From: Eledone cirrhosa
Lineage: Eukaryota
Direction: 5' to 3'
Length of the DNA: 64,000 bases
Assembly: GCA_964016885.1 (NCBI GenBank)
Contig: OZ024741.1
Coordinates: 66,650,001-66,714,000 of the forward strand
The notes under the pieces are model-generated. The model saw nothing but the letters and a program-made list of their open reading frames with translations, had not been told where the DNA came from and searched no databases. Position 1 is the first letter of the stretch. Every line of letters starts with the position of its first letter. Shown here piece after piece: positions 13,670 to 26,661 of the stretch. A program made the position numbers and the translations under genes.

Positions 13670-15310
13670 AATTTATACTACTAGAACCTTTAGGTTTATA
13701 ATAAAAGTAAGAATTAGAAATAGCGTGGGGGCAAGAAGAGAATATCTCAGACTTTCTATTAAGTAAGGATTCGCTAGAGGAAATTATAGAGTGTGTCTCG
13801 AGGATACAGAGATTACAAAATTTAGTATTTGTAGAAAGGTTATTAGAGCGTGCTACTAAACGCCAGTTAAGGCTATATGGTATATTAGCCCCCCTTAAGA
13901 TCCCAGATATAATGTGCTAAAGAAGTAGAATTCTTAAACTTAACATGTTTGAAATTAGAGATATGAGAATTAAACCTAGTCTTAAAAGTGTTAGATGTAG
14001 AGCCTATATAAGTTTTATTAGAGGAATTAGTTATAACTACGCAAGCATAGACAATGTTCTTAGAGAGGCAGTTACCGTTTAAAGGGCAGTTAGCACTCAC
14101 TCTACAGTTACACTTCCGGGTGCTATTGGTTGGCTGAAGTGGTGATGCATTACCCGTAGGATTGCTATTAGATAAGGTCTGTTCTGGTGGTAAGGCATTT
14201 CCAGATCTGTTCAGACTAGTAGTATGTAGAGAGGAGAATCCATCCCTAATTTTCCTATTGTTAGTGCTAGCTAAATGAGAACTAATATTAGGGGTGGTAG
14301 AGAATGAAAGTTTAATAACATTTTTATTAAAAATACTATGGTATTTATGAGAAGGGGGGAAATTTTTCTCTTAGATAGAAAAGAAAGACCTAGGGATATT
14401 AGTTAATACTTCCTGATTATATGGCGGGTTAAAATAAGTATTTAGTCTCCTTCTATTTTTATTCTTACCGACTCTACCATTATCTAATATCCCACCATCA
14501 AGACTAGGGTTACTACAAGGATTAGTTAAAACCGCATTATTAGAATCGGCCAAAATTCCATTAAGTCTATTACTGTTTCTACCTCCAGTAGATCTGCTGC
14601 TGTCTGGAATCCCACTAAAAGGATTAGGGCCAATAATGGGATCAGTAGAAGCAACATTATTAGAATAAGATCCAGCAAAATTATCACCGATGAGTGAGCG
14701 CTCAGAGGGTTCGACTTGTTTCCTATAGGTATTATATTCACTATTACGAGTCCCGTGGGTTAGCTTATGGATGGGTTCAGATACACCTATGTAATTTTTA
14801 CGGTTATTATGCTTCCTACTCCCATTCATGGCCATGTTATGTGATATTATGTTATTATTATTAAAAGTAAGCGGAGACTTTCTAAGGTTACTATTATTAT
14901 AATGTATTTTACTAGAGTAACCGGAATTTGCTAGGGCATTATTATAGTACTCCGCATGTTCATTAAATGTTCCTACGTCCTTAGAGAGTGTGGAAATCCT
15001 ATTAGATACACCCTTAATTATAGAGCTTATCATAGATTTGGGGTGGTTAGAATTGGGATTAACATAAGAAAGTATTTCATTATGCTTATGGAAGGGTTTG
15101 AAACTATTAGTGACCAAGTCCAAAGTCACATCTAAAAAGTTAACCGCTCTATCATTTCTATCTATCGTGATCGAAAGGTTATAGCTTTTAAAAAACTTAT
15201 AAAGCTTCTTCTTATTATGCTCGACATTGTTGGTGCTAGAGTTAATTACAAACAATGCATCATCACGGTATAGTCCGCCTACAAGGTGCGGGAAGGTAAC
15301 ATATATAGGT

Positions 15311-15315
<5 letters not shown>
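13670..15315 (-). pseudogene. Naiad RT thumb, linker and GIY-YIG coding region
   Basis: GGLYRDDAL, VNFLDVTLDL, SNHP, YFNPPY, NFPPSHKYHSIFN, CNCR..CPLNGNCL, IVY..YIG, CNLCILE..LNRKSE..CPH; in-frame TAA at 14371-14373 and a frameshift in the G-run near 13890. Confidence 0.9.
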
Positions 15316-15387
<72 letters not shown>

Positions 15388-15500
15388 AAAGTTATATTAA
15401 ATTGTTGGGTTACAACTAGTAAATATTTATAACTACAGATCGAACCTGACTCTGTAATTGAAAGTTCTTCAGATATGTTTGGTATATGAGATCGTCTCCG

Positions 15501-15561
<61 letters not shown>

Positions 15562-15562
15562 A

Positions 15563-15736
15563 ATTTAATATAGAAATGGCTTCTATAAGACTAGAACTGT
15601 TTCATTCAAAGTCATCAGGAAAGCCTGATGATTTCTTTCGAATGAAACAGTTCTAGTCTTTTTATATTAAATTTGATGTTTACACTCTATTGTGTACTTT
15701 ACTTAGTGTGTTTACCCCCGATTGAACACGAGACTC

Positions 15737-15737
<1 letters not shown>
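15563..15737. mobile_element. Fold-back copy of HHR family G element
   Basis: Inverted GACTAGAACTGTTTCATTC / GAATGAAACAGTTCTAGTC; other copies at 38130-38325, 48563-48665, 49843-50128, 56730-56853, 61900-61960. Confidence 0.75.
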
Positions 15738-15776
<39 letters not shown>

Positions 15777-15969
15777 CCTGAGTTCAGTTTTTTTCGTTGC
15801 TATGGCAATGCGGCCAGACTGTCAGTCGCTATATTTGATTTGCAAAGGTGTCTAAACGTATTGTTATAACTCTAGGGTAATATTCTCCATCGAGTGCTAA
15901 GCTGCATTCCAAATGTGAATTCGTTAGCTTGGCCGCCGCCAAAAGCTTCGTTGATGCTGTACTAAAATT

Positions 15970-16022
<53 letters not shown>

Positions 16023-16106
16023 ATAATAATAAAATTGAAGACTAAAATCCTTCGGTTGCAACGTTTTTCGAAATATTTACTTCTGCGTTCACAGATTGTT
16101 CTTTTT

Positions 16107-16157
16107 AGTTTCAGAAGATCCCGTTAAGGGTGAAAGCAGCGATTCTTTGCTTAAACT
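16107..16157 (+). ncRNA. Type I hammerhead-like motif with CAGAAGA core
   Basis: AGUUU-CAGAAGA-UCCC/GGGU-GAAA-GCA..UGC-UU-AAACU; all three stems form, with U4 replaced by A. Confidence 0.55.
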
Positions 16158-16501
16158 TTAATCTGTTATTTTATATATATATATATATATACACTAACGT
16201 AAAACACTTATTGTTCCAATTAGTCCACAAACACCCTTGAAATACCTTAAACCGAAAGTCAACCTGTAGTCATGATTTCTGCCAAACCAAACTAGATTCA
16301 TCCTCCAAATTTGACAAATCAAACACGTCATACGTAACCGGATTGCAACAGCCACCAAATAGGGAAGACAGACGTTATCAAGCTGCAGCCACCATATGAC
16401 AGAGTTTCTATATGATAAAGTTAAAGTTATGGTTATCTGCTGTATATATATATACACACACACATATATATACGTTTGCATATGTATATGTGAATATATA
16501 T

Positions 16502-16538
<37 letters not shown>

Positions 16539-17126
16539 ATATATATATGTATATATATATATATGGGTGGTGGTGGTGGTAAGTGTAATCTTAATGCATA
16601 GTATTGTGGGAGAAGATGAGTGTGACACTATCTCTGCTGGCTTAATTAGGGTATATCATTTTCTTAAATTGGGCATGTATTAATCTTTTGAATCGAGATT
16701 TTTTAGTCAATTTATTGTTGTGCTGTTCATATCTACAATGTCACGTTTGGCTAGTATAGTTAAAGTTGTATTTGTATTAGGAAAATCTAAGACATATTGA
16801 AATGAGGTTAAAGATAGTGACTACGAGGTACACCCAAGTAGTTTTGAGACATTTATTTAATTTAGATCAATACAAAACTCTAGTCTCCATCAAAATAGGA
16901 TTCTCCAGCTTCAATGCACATGTAGCGCTCAGCCATTTCTGGACATTACTGAGTGAATCGGGTACTGAACATAGAAACAGACTCAATAAATAGGATAATG
17001 TCTGAAGTAATATTGTATAATGTGAGAGGTAAGATAAAAGGCCCTTAACTTGTGATGGAGTTATCTTGTATATTTTAAACCAAGCGGAGCCCATCTCTTT
17101 CCAGGTCGAAACAGCCGATTTCTTCC

Positions 17127-17295
17127 AGAAAAAATATCGATATCGTTACTGGACTGGTATTATATTTATCGACCGCTAAAGAACGAATGATAAAGTTAAT
17201 ATCTGCAGGATTTGAACTGAGAGAGCAGAGAGCCAGAACAGATACCAAGGCATTTTTAATTCGACGCACTTAGAACCTTACCAACTTTTCGCCTT
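17127..17295 (-). mobile_element. tRNA-derived SINE (Meta/MESC-like domain), decayed
   Basis: Reverse complement of the GTTCAAATCC..AACTTT..TCAT..GGTCGATAAA..TACCAG SINE body; other minus copies near 1776-1910, 2335-2470, 7750-7830, 8140-8312. Confidence 0.6.
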
Positions 17296-17472
17296 TAGAG
17301 CCTAAATAGAAGAGACGAAATGGGAGGTAATGTAGGTGGGATTGAAGCTGTTGGCTATTGCGTTATGATTGGTTGTTAATAACACTATGAAAATAATAAC
17401 AAGAATGAAGAAAGTAAAATTGAATCACGAATGGCCTTAGAGCATTGATCAATTAGTCTGCATTCAAACCGC

Positions 17473-17473
<1 letters not shown>

Positions 17474-17503
<30 letters not shown>

Positions 17504-17563
17504 TGTATGTATGTATGTATGTATGTATGTATGTATGTATGTATGTATGTATGTATGTATGTA

Positions 17564-17619
<56 letters not shown>

Positions 17620-17938
17620 TATGTATGTGTGTGTGTATGTGTGTGTGTGTATGTATGTATGTATGTATGTATGTGTGTATGTATGTATGTATGTGTGTAT
17701 GTATGTATGTGTGTATGTAAGTATGCATGTATTGTGTGTGTGTGTGTGTGCGTGTGTGCGTGTGTGCATGCTGTCATATATGTATGAATGTATGCATGAA
17801 TGTATGTATTTATGTATGTATTTATGTATGTATGTATGCAGGCATGTATGAATGTATGCATGTATGTATGTATTTATGTATGTATGTATGTTTGTATGCA
17901 TGTATGTATGTATTTATGTATGTATTTATGTATGTACG

Positions 17939-17981
<43 letters not shown>

Positions 17982-18073
17982 GTACATACATAAATACATA
18001 CATACATAAATACATACATGCATGCATTCGAACAAACATACATACATAAATACATACATACATGCATACATTC

Positions 18074-18133
<60 letters not shown>

Positions 18134-18160
18134 GTTTGTATGTATATATATATATGTATG
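17474..18160. repeat. Compound (TATG)n/(TG)n/(TA)n/(CATA)n microsatellite
   Basis: Direct reading. Confidence 0.95.
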
Positions 18161-18454
18161 TATGGTTATGTAAATATCATAATTATAATTTAATAAGAAT
18201 TGGTTTGCCAGTATTTTCCAATCAATGTATATCCAGGCACTGAATGCCATAACTAGAAAGCAAGCTAACAAAATCGAGTTTTTAACACCAAAATTGACTT
18301 GATTGAGTAAACAGAGGAAACTAGTGCAAATATTATTTGTATTTTCAGCACTGTGTAGACATAGCAGATATCTGAATGTTCTTGAAATTAGCAATAGGTA
18401 CGATGTTGCTGTTTGTGTGGTAATAGCAGCTCTAGTGTTGTTCTTGAAGGAAGA

Positions 18455-19113
18455 TGACTTTGTGGTTAGGGTATTCGGCTTACAATCGTAAGGTTGTGAG
18501 TTCGATTTCCGATGGCACGCTGTGTCCTTAAGCAAGACACTTTATTTCACGTTGATCCAATCCTCTCAACTGCCAAAAATGAGTTATACCTGTATTTCGA
18601 ATGGCCTGTTTTATCATATTCTGTGTGAAGCTAAATCTCCCTGAGAACTACGTTGAGTGAATGCGTGTATGTGGAACGCTCAACCACATGCACGTTAATT
18701 TCACTGGCAGGCAGTTTCATTGATCGCATCACCTGGAACACTCATCGTCGTAAACCACGGAGTGCTCCTTTTTTTAGTGTTGTTCGTGGTGTTAGTAGTG
18801 GCTTGGTGCGAAGGTGTTTGGCTTAGTGTTTAGGGTGTTCGGCCCACGATCATAAGGTCGTGAGTTCAATTACAGGCATTGTGTTGCGTTCTTCAAGAAG
18901 GCACAGATTTTAAGTTACTCAAGTTTATAAAAAAATGAGTTGCGCCTGTGATTAATAGGGCTGGATTTGACGTGCAGTATGCTATTAATACACTGAATAT
19001 CCTGGAGAACTACCGTAAGGGTGCACGTGTTTGTGGAACGCACGTTAATTTCTAGTGCAGGATCGTCTACTGTTCAAACAACTGGAACATTGGTCGTTGT
19101 TAACGACGGAGGT
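18455..19113 (+). mobile_element. Two tandem CORE-type tRNA-derived SINE copies
   Basis: A/B-box-like GTGGTTAG..GAGTTCGATT and CORE-like GTGTCCTTAAGCAAGACACTT; second copy about 360 bp downstream. Confidence 0.65.
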
Positions 19114-19548
19114 CCAGTACCACACAACCATGGCGGATTGGTGGAGGGTGGATAGTACTAGATGTATTGGTGTTAGGGATGTTAGAGATGTTGGTGGAGA
19201 TGTTATCAATGATAGATATCAGTATTTTTAGTAGTGTTGGTGTTGTTGAAGATAATGGTAGGTGTTGTAATAGTGCTGGTGGGCGTGTTAACGGTATTCG
19301 TGTTGGTGGTGTCGGGGGAAATCTCGCCAGATATTGTGGTGTTAAAGGTATGAGGGTGTTGGTGTTGATGGTATTGGTGCTGTTGATGTTGGTGATGGTG
19401 AAGTTACTCTTGCTAATGCTGTTCGTACAGGTACTGTTGTATTGTAGTAGCAGTAGCACCAACAACAGTAGTAGTAGTAGTAGTAGCATCATCAACAGTA
19501 GTAGTAGCAGCAGTAGTAGCAGTAGTAGTTGTGGTAGTAGCATCAGCA

Positions 19549-19580
<32 letters not shown>

Positions 19581-20460
19581 ATTGCCGGCCTTGAGCCAAT
19601 GTTAGAAAGAACTAAAATTGTTTTTCTTGCTGCTGGTGTTGTCATTATGTAGCCTACATCAGCTCAAATTGAGAAGATGAATAACACAAATGCCGCCTGG
19701 CGAACGAATAGAAGTTGTTGATGTTATTAAGATTAGTTTTGATAATCTTGAGCCTTTATCAAAGACTCAAGTTGATCCAGACTTTCTTAATGATCCTAGG
19801 TAGATGGAAACTGTGAAAAACCATAGGATTGACTGTACAATGGTCGTTTGAATCGTTCATTGGTTGATTAAGATACACTCTGGGAATGACCAAACGAGGT
19901 TTAGTTTTCAACATAGAAAGAAACAATGCAATTATTGCCAAGATGAGTTGAAATTAATGCATGCAAGATTTCACAACTCTAGCATCACTCGTTCCTAGTC
20001 AGTCTATGAACTTTTTAGCCCTCCCTCGTAATTCAAAAGTCTAGCTTTGTCACATATTTTGTCACACTGATTCGACATGGGAATTACAGTAGGGGTACAC
20101 GTGGGTTCACTAGTTAGACGTTCCGTTCATCGAACAACTGAATGATCATCGTTGAAACCGACGGAGGATCATTATAGGTGAGCATATTTAAAGGAAAACA
20201 AACAAGAATCTAATTAAAAATGCTCATGCAGTGACGTGTACATTAGCTGATTTGTCCTTGTTAGAGTTGTTTATGCTGCTAATTATGTTCTATAGTGTTT
20301 TACAGACTGTTTTGTTGGTTTGTGTTGGATGCAAATATTTGTCAGCTTTCTGCTTTTTCTAATGTTTATTTTATTATTGTTTTTGTTGAAAATTTTTAAT
20401 AATACCACTTTCTCAAGGATTTAAGTTTTATGGCATGCATTGTGCGGCTTTTAAATCATT

Positions 20461-20552
<92 letters not shown>

Positions 20553-20761
20553 TATATATATACATATATATACATATATATATACATAATGTGAAAATTT
20601 ACATACACATGTACAGTCTTGGTTACTTCTATTTTGTATTTACACAGATATAACTTCATCATATATATATGTGTGTGTGTGTAAGTGTGTGTGTATGTAA
20701 ATTTACAGATTTTAATACATAGACATTTAGGTATGCCAAATACGTATTTCCCTGTAAATTT

Positions 20762-20797
<36 letters not shown>

Positions 20798-20959
20798 TAT
20801 AAAATATAGAGTTATTAACTCATATAGATACCCTGCAATTAACAAGCTCAAAGTATAAATACTGAGCATTATAATATTCGCACCGCATATGACTTTCAAT
20901 GCACGAGGTGTAAACTTTAGTGAGTTTATTGTTATAGGTGTTATGTAACATTTAGTCTT

Positions 20960-21051
20960 ATCTCTCGCTGACGAAATGCCTACGGATTACTTGTTACAAA
21001 CACGATTCATTCAGGGCGAAACAGATTACATCTTTAGTCTGTCCGGGAGAT
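20960..21051 (+). ncRNA. Type I hammerhead with long stems and an insertion after the core
   Basis: AUCUCUCG/CGGGAGAU stem I; CUGACGA-AAU; GCC..GGC; GAAA; ACAGAUUA/UAGUCUGU stem III; GUC cleavage triplet. Confidence 0.75.
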
Positions 21052-21264
21052 GAAATGGTTATTGATATGGTATGTATGAGAAATCTTGTAAAAAATCTTG
21101 TAACATCCCATATGATTCAGGTTAAATGATATATAACATTTGTGGTGTAATCTACCCTCGTAATTTTAGACACGGGATTTAATGTGTTTACTTCTATATA
21201 TATATATATGTGAAGCGGCGTACTGCTCAGGCAGTCAGCTTGCTTGACACACACGCACACACAC

Positions 21265-21379
<115 letters not shown>

Positions 21380-21961
21380 TATAGTAGTGTCCGACAAATG
21401 ATAGAATAAAAGAAGCTAGTATGGAAGGATATTATGTAGATATTCAATGGAAGATATTCAATGAGATCCATAAACCAGGAAAGACGATAAAAGTTTCAGA
21501 TATGAATGTTTAGAGTATGAGTTTAAAAAAGCTGGTAGTTTATTTTGTCAAACCCAGAATGATGATAGGGAGACAGGAGCAAATATTGAACTGGAGGATC
21601 TATTAAGTTATGCAATGTGATGCCGAGAGGATATGACAGGAGTGATAAATTTTTCAGTATTTCCGTTATTAGGAACTAGGCTTATTTCCATTAGCCATTG
21701 TATTTCGATTATCAATGGAAAAATGTTCGCTATATTATTTTTGGTAGGGATATGTATATATTTCGATTTTCTTCTAGTTACTAAAAGTGATATTGTGATA
21801 TTTCGAGTGGCTTTCAAGGAAACTGACTTCCAGTTGCAAAGTAAGGCTAAAATGGAAGGTGGGAAGGAAATGATATCTATATCTATATACACGAGCATAT
21901 CTATTAATATCTGTATAGCCTTGTCAGTCTTTCTCTTTCTCTCTCTTTATATACATATATG

Positions 21962-22203
21962 TAGAAGTTGTATTTAATTTGTTGGAATTCCGACAAACAT
22001 AAATGTTTATAACTGATTTAGAGCACTCAACAGCGAATTTCCGACCGATAAGGTTGAAGCTTCATGGGTACGTCTTTATTTATAAAACAAACTTTGAATT
22101 TTATCTGATGAAAGCGCACCAAGGTTGGCATGGTTGCCCTTGAAATATATATAATAAAATAAATATGGTTTTATAAATATAGTTTCCATTTATTTAATAT
22201 CAT

Positions 22204-22205
<2 letters not shown>
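21962..22205. mobile_element. Head-to-head copy of HHR family E element
   Basis: Reversed 3' tail followed by forward HHR-containing part; copies at 26748-27035, 43415-43722, 48832-49120, 57175-57530. Confidence 0.75.
22099..22159 (+). ncRNA. Type I hammerhead, family E
   Basis: UUUUAU-CUGAUGA-AAG-C-GCACCA..UGGUUGC-C-CUU-GAAA-UAUAUA-UA-AUAAAA; also 26932-26995, 49021-49082 and a variant near 57425-57486. Confidence 0.8.
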
Positions 22206-22244
<39 letters not shown>

Positions 22245-22632
22245 TAGAAAACGTAAGAGAAACAGAAACATAAGGACAATTCCCGCTCTTCGGCTGTCTG
22301 CAGTACAGCTCACCACAGTGTGTTAATAACTACGAGGTATAGTTATTAGGGAAGGAAAAAAAAAAAATCAGAGACGATAGGGAAGAGAACGACAAAAAAA
22401 AAAGAAAGAAAATAAATAGAAGGAAAAACAGAAGAAAAAGACAGAAGAAAAAACATCGATAGAGGGGGGGGGGGGAACACGGGACAGTAGTACATGTAAA
22501 TAGCAGTAACCAATGGGAGAGAAGGAGAAGTTAAAATGGAGACCGAGCGTAATCCCCGGATCCATATTAACAGCATGAGAGAGCGGAGAGAAAAACGTCT
22601 CATCTGAGCGAGAACAGGCGCAAAGAGGGAGA

Positions 22633-22672
<40 letters not shown>

Positions 22673-22673
22673 T

Positions 22674-22705
<32 letters not shown>

Positions 22706-22927
22706 CATACATATATATATATATCTTGCCTGATGGTTTGAACCCTACAGAACCACCTGCCTCTTTGAGGTCAAATACCAACCTACTACCATCTACAAAC
22801 TGACCAATGAGAATCAAGACTATTCCTGCTGACAACATCAATATTATTCCTAACAAGCTCATATGTTCCAAGGCTCTGATACCATCAACACTATACACAC
22901 AGAGCTGGCATATCTAAGAACTGACTA

Positions 22928-22983
22928 ACTGCCTGATGAGGTCATAGCCATTCAATGGCTATCATCGAAATATATATCGCAAT
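22928..22983 (+). ncRNA. Type I hammerhead, family F
   Basis: UGC-CUGAUGA-GGU-C-AUAGCCAU/AUGGCUAU-C-AUC-GAAA-UAUAUA-UC-GCA, followed by AAUAAA. Confidence 0.85.
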
Positions 22984-23592
22984 AAATAAAGGATTATGAG
23001 TTCATGCAATTGACTTATGTTTCGTCACTATATATATATATATATATGAATAAAGTTAGTCCTTCATCAGTGATCTTCCAACCATCATTGGTATTTCATC
23101 GCTTTAAAGACCATATACCTCCGGTTGGTGCGAGCAACGGCTAAAAAAAGTCGTTGGGACACGTAAATAAAGGGGACACGAGTGTAAACAAACAAAGATG
23201 GGGAAGCAACGAAAAGTGAGGAAGAAGGAGTCAAGTCCTAAATTTCTATGAATTTAAATTCGGTGAAATCGTGAACGAGAGAGAATAAAGACCATCAAAC
23301 CTGGTTGGAATGTGAGCAAGGAAGGAATTCCGTACAGGTCTAACGGGAGGAAGAAGGGATCTAGTCTGTGAATTCGGTGAACGTAAGTTCTGTGGAATCG
23401 TAGACGAGAGAGAGAAAAAAGCGACCTGCCAGACCAAGGGTGCGAAAGAAAAGAATTACGCACAGGTCAAACGGGAAGAAGGAGGAGGAGGAGGAGAGGT
23501 AGTAACAGAGAATGAGTGAGTGAAGGGTGAGGAAGAGGCTAACAGAGAGAGTGACTGCTAGAGAGGGTAAAGATACAGAGAAAGAGGAAGCA

Positions 23593-23644
<52 letters not shown>

Positions 23645-23648
<4 letters not shown>

Positions 23649-24037
23649 AATTAGTATATCTACCAGCATATGTATACAGATGCATACTTATGTTAGCAAA
23701 TATATATGTTTTGTCTTAGTAACTTTGTGGTTCTATGCAAGGGGATGCAGAACAATTATATGAAAGACGTAAATAAGAAAGTTATGAAAATTGACTTACT
23801 TACTAAAATTTCACTCCAACTAATTAGTTTCTGTAAGGGGATAAATATGGTTACGGAGCGTATCCATAGAGAAGCCTTACGTCATCAGGAAGTCTATTCT
23901 CAGCTAAGCTTCCAGGCAATGCGGGGACACTGGGAACTTATATAAAAATAATTCAGTGGAGGGTAAAAGCGAGCGGGGGCTAGATTCCAAGACATTGACA
24001 AATTCACTGCCTACTTGGTCAAGTGGCAAATTCAAAA
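23645..24037 (-). mobile_element. Diverged single copy of the ~570-bp branched-HHR repeat
   Basis: Colinear similarity to 44671-45240; flanked by (TA)n. Confidence 0.8.
23813..23893 (-). ncRNA. Branched-stem-II type I hammerhead (diverged)
   Basis: ACUUC-CUGAUGA-C-GUAAGG-[UAUGGAUAC/GUAACCAUA]-CCUUAC-A-GAAA-CUAAUUAG-UU-GGAGU. Confidence 0.75.
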
Positions 24038-24059
24038 TATATATATATATATAAAGAGA

Positions 24060-24107
<48 letters not shown>

Positions 24108-24266
24108 ATTAGTTATTTGTACAGATAAGAATGAAAATAATTAACCGAACCCTGTATCCAACGATGTAAAATACTTCAGCAAATCAATATGTAAATGTAA
24201 AGTATATACGTAAGACCATAAATAAAAAGCTTAATATTTGCAATATAACTTTAAAAATTGCTTAAA

Positions 24267-24728
24267 CAGTCTCGATGGTTTAGTGGTATAACTGCTAATT
24301 ATGTAATTGTATAACTGTTACTTTTAATTGGCAAAGACTGATCAGAGTTCGATCTCTTATCGCCCGAAAGAAGAATTTTGTTTCTCGTTTTTGCGAACTA
24401 GAATTTAGAATCTAGAAGAAGGCTAGGCCGTGCCCCGCCCGCCTCTCAAGCTATAGCGTCGTATGCTTGGCTATATCTAGCTTCTTCTTCGCTGTGCCGT
24501 GCCCCGCCCGCCTCTCAAGCTATAGCGTCGTATGCTTGGCTATATCTAGCTTCTTCGCTGGGCCGTGCCCCGTCGTGTGTTTGGGTATATCTTGCTCCAG
24601 CTTCACTATAGCTTACTTCGGCGTCGCTGTGCTAAAGCACCGGTCGCCTTGTAAGCTCTAGCTGTAGTTCTGTGGCTATAGTTTACTTCGTCTTCGCTGT
24701 GGTAAAACACCGCTCGTCTTCCAAGCGA
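24267..24728 (+). mobile_element. tRNA-like head followed by a GC-rich 66-69 bp tandem repeat (putative SINE)
   Basis: A box TGGTTTAGTGG, B box GTTCGATCTC; GCCGTGCCCC recurs at 24427, 24496 and 24562. Confidence 0.5.
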
Positions 24729-24733
24729 TATAA

Positions 24734-24865
<132 letters not shown>

Positions 24866-24966
24866 CCTTTCTTAAGCCTTGAAAATTAGTTAAAAATATT
24901 AGTCATTTTTCAATTTTAAAAGAAGTACGCAATTTGCAGGTTTACATAACTGTATACGAACATGTA

Positions 24967-25110
24967 GGCGGCAAATTGGTAGAGTCGTTAAGAACATAGG
25001 ATAGAATGCTCTGCGGTATTCGTTTCCACACCTTGGCCTCTGAGTTCAAATCACGCCCAGGTCAATTTTGCCTTTCATCCATTCGAGATTGATAAAAAAA
25101 GTACCAGCCT
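24967..25110 (+). mobile_element. tRNA-derived Meta/MESC-like SINE
   Basis: GAGTTCAAATC B box and GGTCAATTTTGCCTTTCATCC..GATAAAA..GTACCAG. Confidence 0.7.
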
Positions 25111-25250
25111 AGTATTTGTTTCTTTCTCTATATGTCTTTCTCACACACTTACAAATACACTCATGTACAAACACATATACACATACCCACTTATATAAAC
25201 ATACACATAGATACATGGAGGTACACACACACATCTATATATCCATATGT

Positions 25251-25300
25251 TCTTGTCAGATGACTCTGTGATACACAGGCGAAACTCCAGAGTAGCAGGA
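25251..25300 (+). ncRNA. Type I hammerhead-like motif with CAGAUGA core
   Basis: UCUUGU/GCAGGA stem I; CUGUG/CACAG stem II; GAAA; ACUC/GAGU stem III; GUA triplet. Confidence 0.6.
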
Positions 25301-25310
25301 CTCACTAGCC

Positions 25311-25375
<65 letters not shown>

Positions 25376-25420
25376 AAGTTAAATAAAAAGTCAAATGATT
25401 AAAATTTAGCTTCGTTTATT

Positions 25421-25475
25421 ATTGCTATATATATTTCAGTGACAGCCATCTTTGGCTGTGACCTCTTCAGGCAGT
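25421..25475 (-). ncRNA. Type I hammerhead, family B (in a pLTR-like element spanning about 25370-26545)
   Basis: Nearly identical to 42344-42398. Confidence 0.8.
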
Positions 25476-26566
25476 TTGAATTAGTATGGTATAGACAAGT
25501 ACATATGTTGTTTAGGTGTATAATATTGTCAATACTCTGATATGTCCAGTTCCTGGTTGGGTTGTTATTTCATTGAGGAACTGGAATCATATGAATTCAA
25601 ACAAACGAATTTCAGTGTCAAAGGTCCTCTTCTCCTCTCATTGGTCAGTTATTAGAACATTCCTCATTCTAAGTGTTGTTATTGTTGGAGTTAGCTTAAA
25701 AAATTGATAAAATGGCAGAAGGGACAAGGTGTTAAAGGAACAAAATAACAAAAAAAGTGTCAAACTTCCCATTGGTCAGTTCTGAGAGCATTCCTCAGTC
25801 AGAAGTCTATAGAATTCTTTCTGGGGTTAGGCTCCCTGTAGTGTTTTTGTTTGCTATTGTTCAGTACATTTGACCTCAGCCATTATTTTGGTAGTGTTGT
25901 TGGTGTTGTGGTCAGCTTATATCTTGCTGCTGCTAACAATTTAGAAGTATCCAGTGTGTGTTTTTTCTTCATCCCTCCTCCCACCATCTCTCATAGTGGT
26001 GGTAGGGGGGGGGGCGTTCTTCCATGTATATGAAGAAATATAAGGCAATAAATGAAGAATAAATAATATAATAAAATAATTAATATAATTTGTATAATTT
26101 GAAAATAAATAAATAAATAGAGAATAAAGAATAAAGAATAAATGAAAAATTGGTGAAAAAGTAATGAAAATTAATATGGAGAAGTGAAAAATAATGTAGG
26201 ATAAAGTGTGTGTGTGCTATAACCAATCTCAAGGTCAGAAATATGTTGGATAGATTGGTATGAGGACAAGATGTTAAGATAAGATAATCAAACTAAATGT
26301 GTTTGTGTTATAATCAATCTCAACTTAAAAATAAAAATAAGGTGATACAGTGAAGAGGGTAGAAAACAAATAACAAATTAATAAAGAAAAATCAAGATTT
26401 AAGATTAGAACTTGACAGTCAGAAATCTGGTAAATTAAAAAGTGTTTGTGTTATATAGATGTTGGCCAAATTATAATGGCAAATTATAATGGCAAACCAA
26501 CCTGCGCACTTCGTCGAGTGCTCCAGCCTGCATACTGAGGTGTTGGTATACAACCAACATAAACTC

Positions 26567-26661
<95 letters not shown>

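Larger units (their letters stand above)
11733..15315 (-). mobile_element. 5'-truncated Naiad-type Penelope-like element inserted in (TA)n
   Basis: RT C-terminus plus GIY-YIG, long AT-rich 3' UTR, HHR near the 3' end, (TA)n on both sides. Confidence 0.85.

Noticed and set aside
19100-19652. 161-181 aa ORFs with poly-S/L/T/V
   Set aside because: Derived from degenerate (GTA)n/(GTT)n trinucleotide repeats
23005-23075. Minus-strand CUGAUGA and GACGAAAC..GUC on either side of a (TA)n
   Set aside because: Stems I and II do not pair convincingly, and the halves appear to belong to different insertions
24267-24370. Functional tRNA gene
   Set aside because: Acceptor and anticodon stems cannot be formed convincingly; treated as a SINE head
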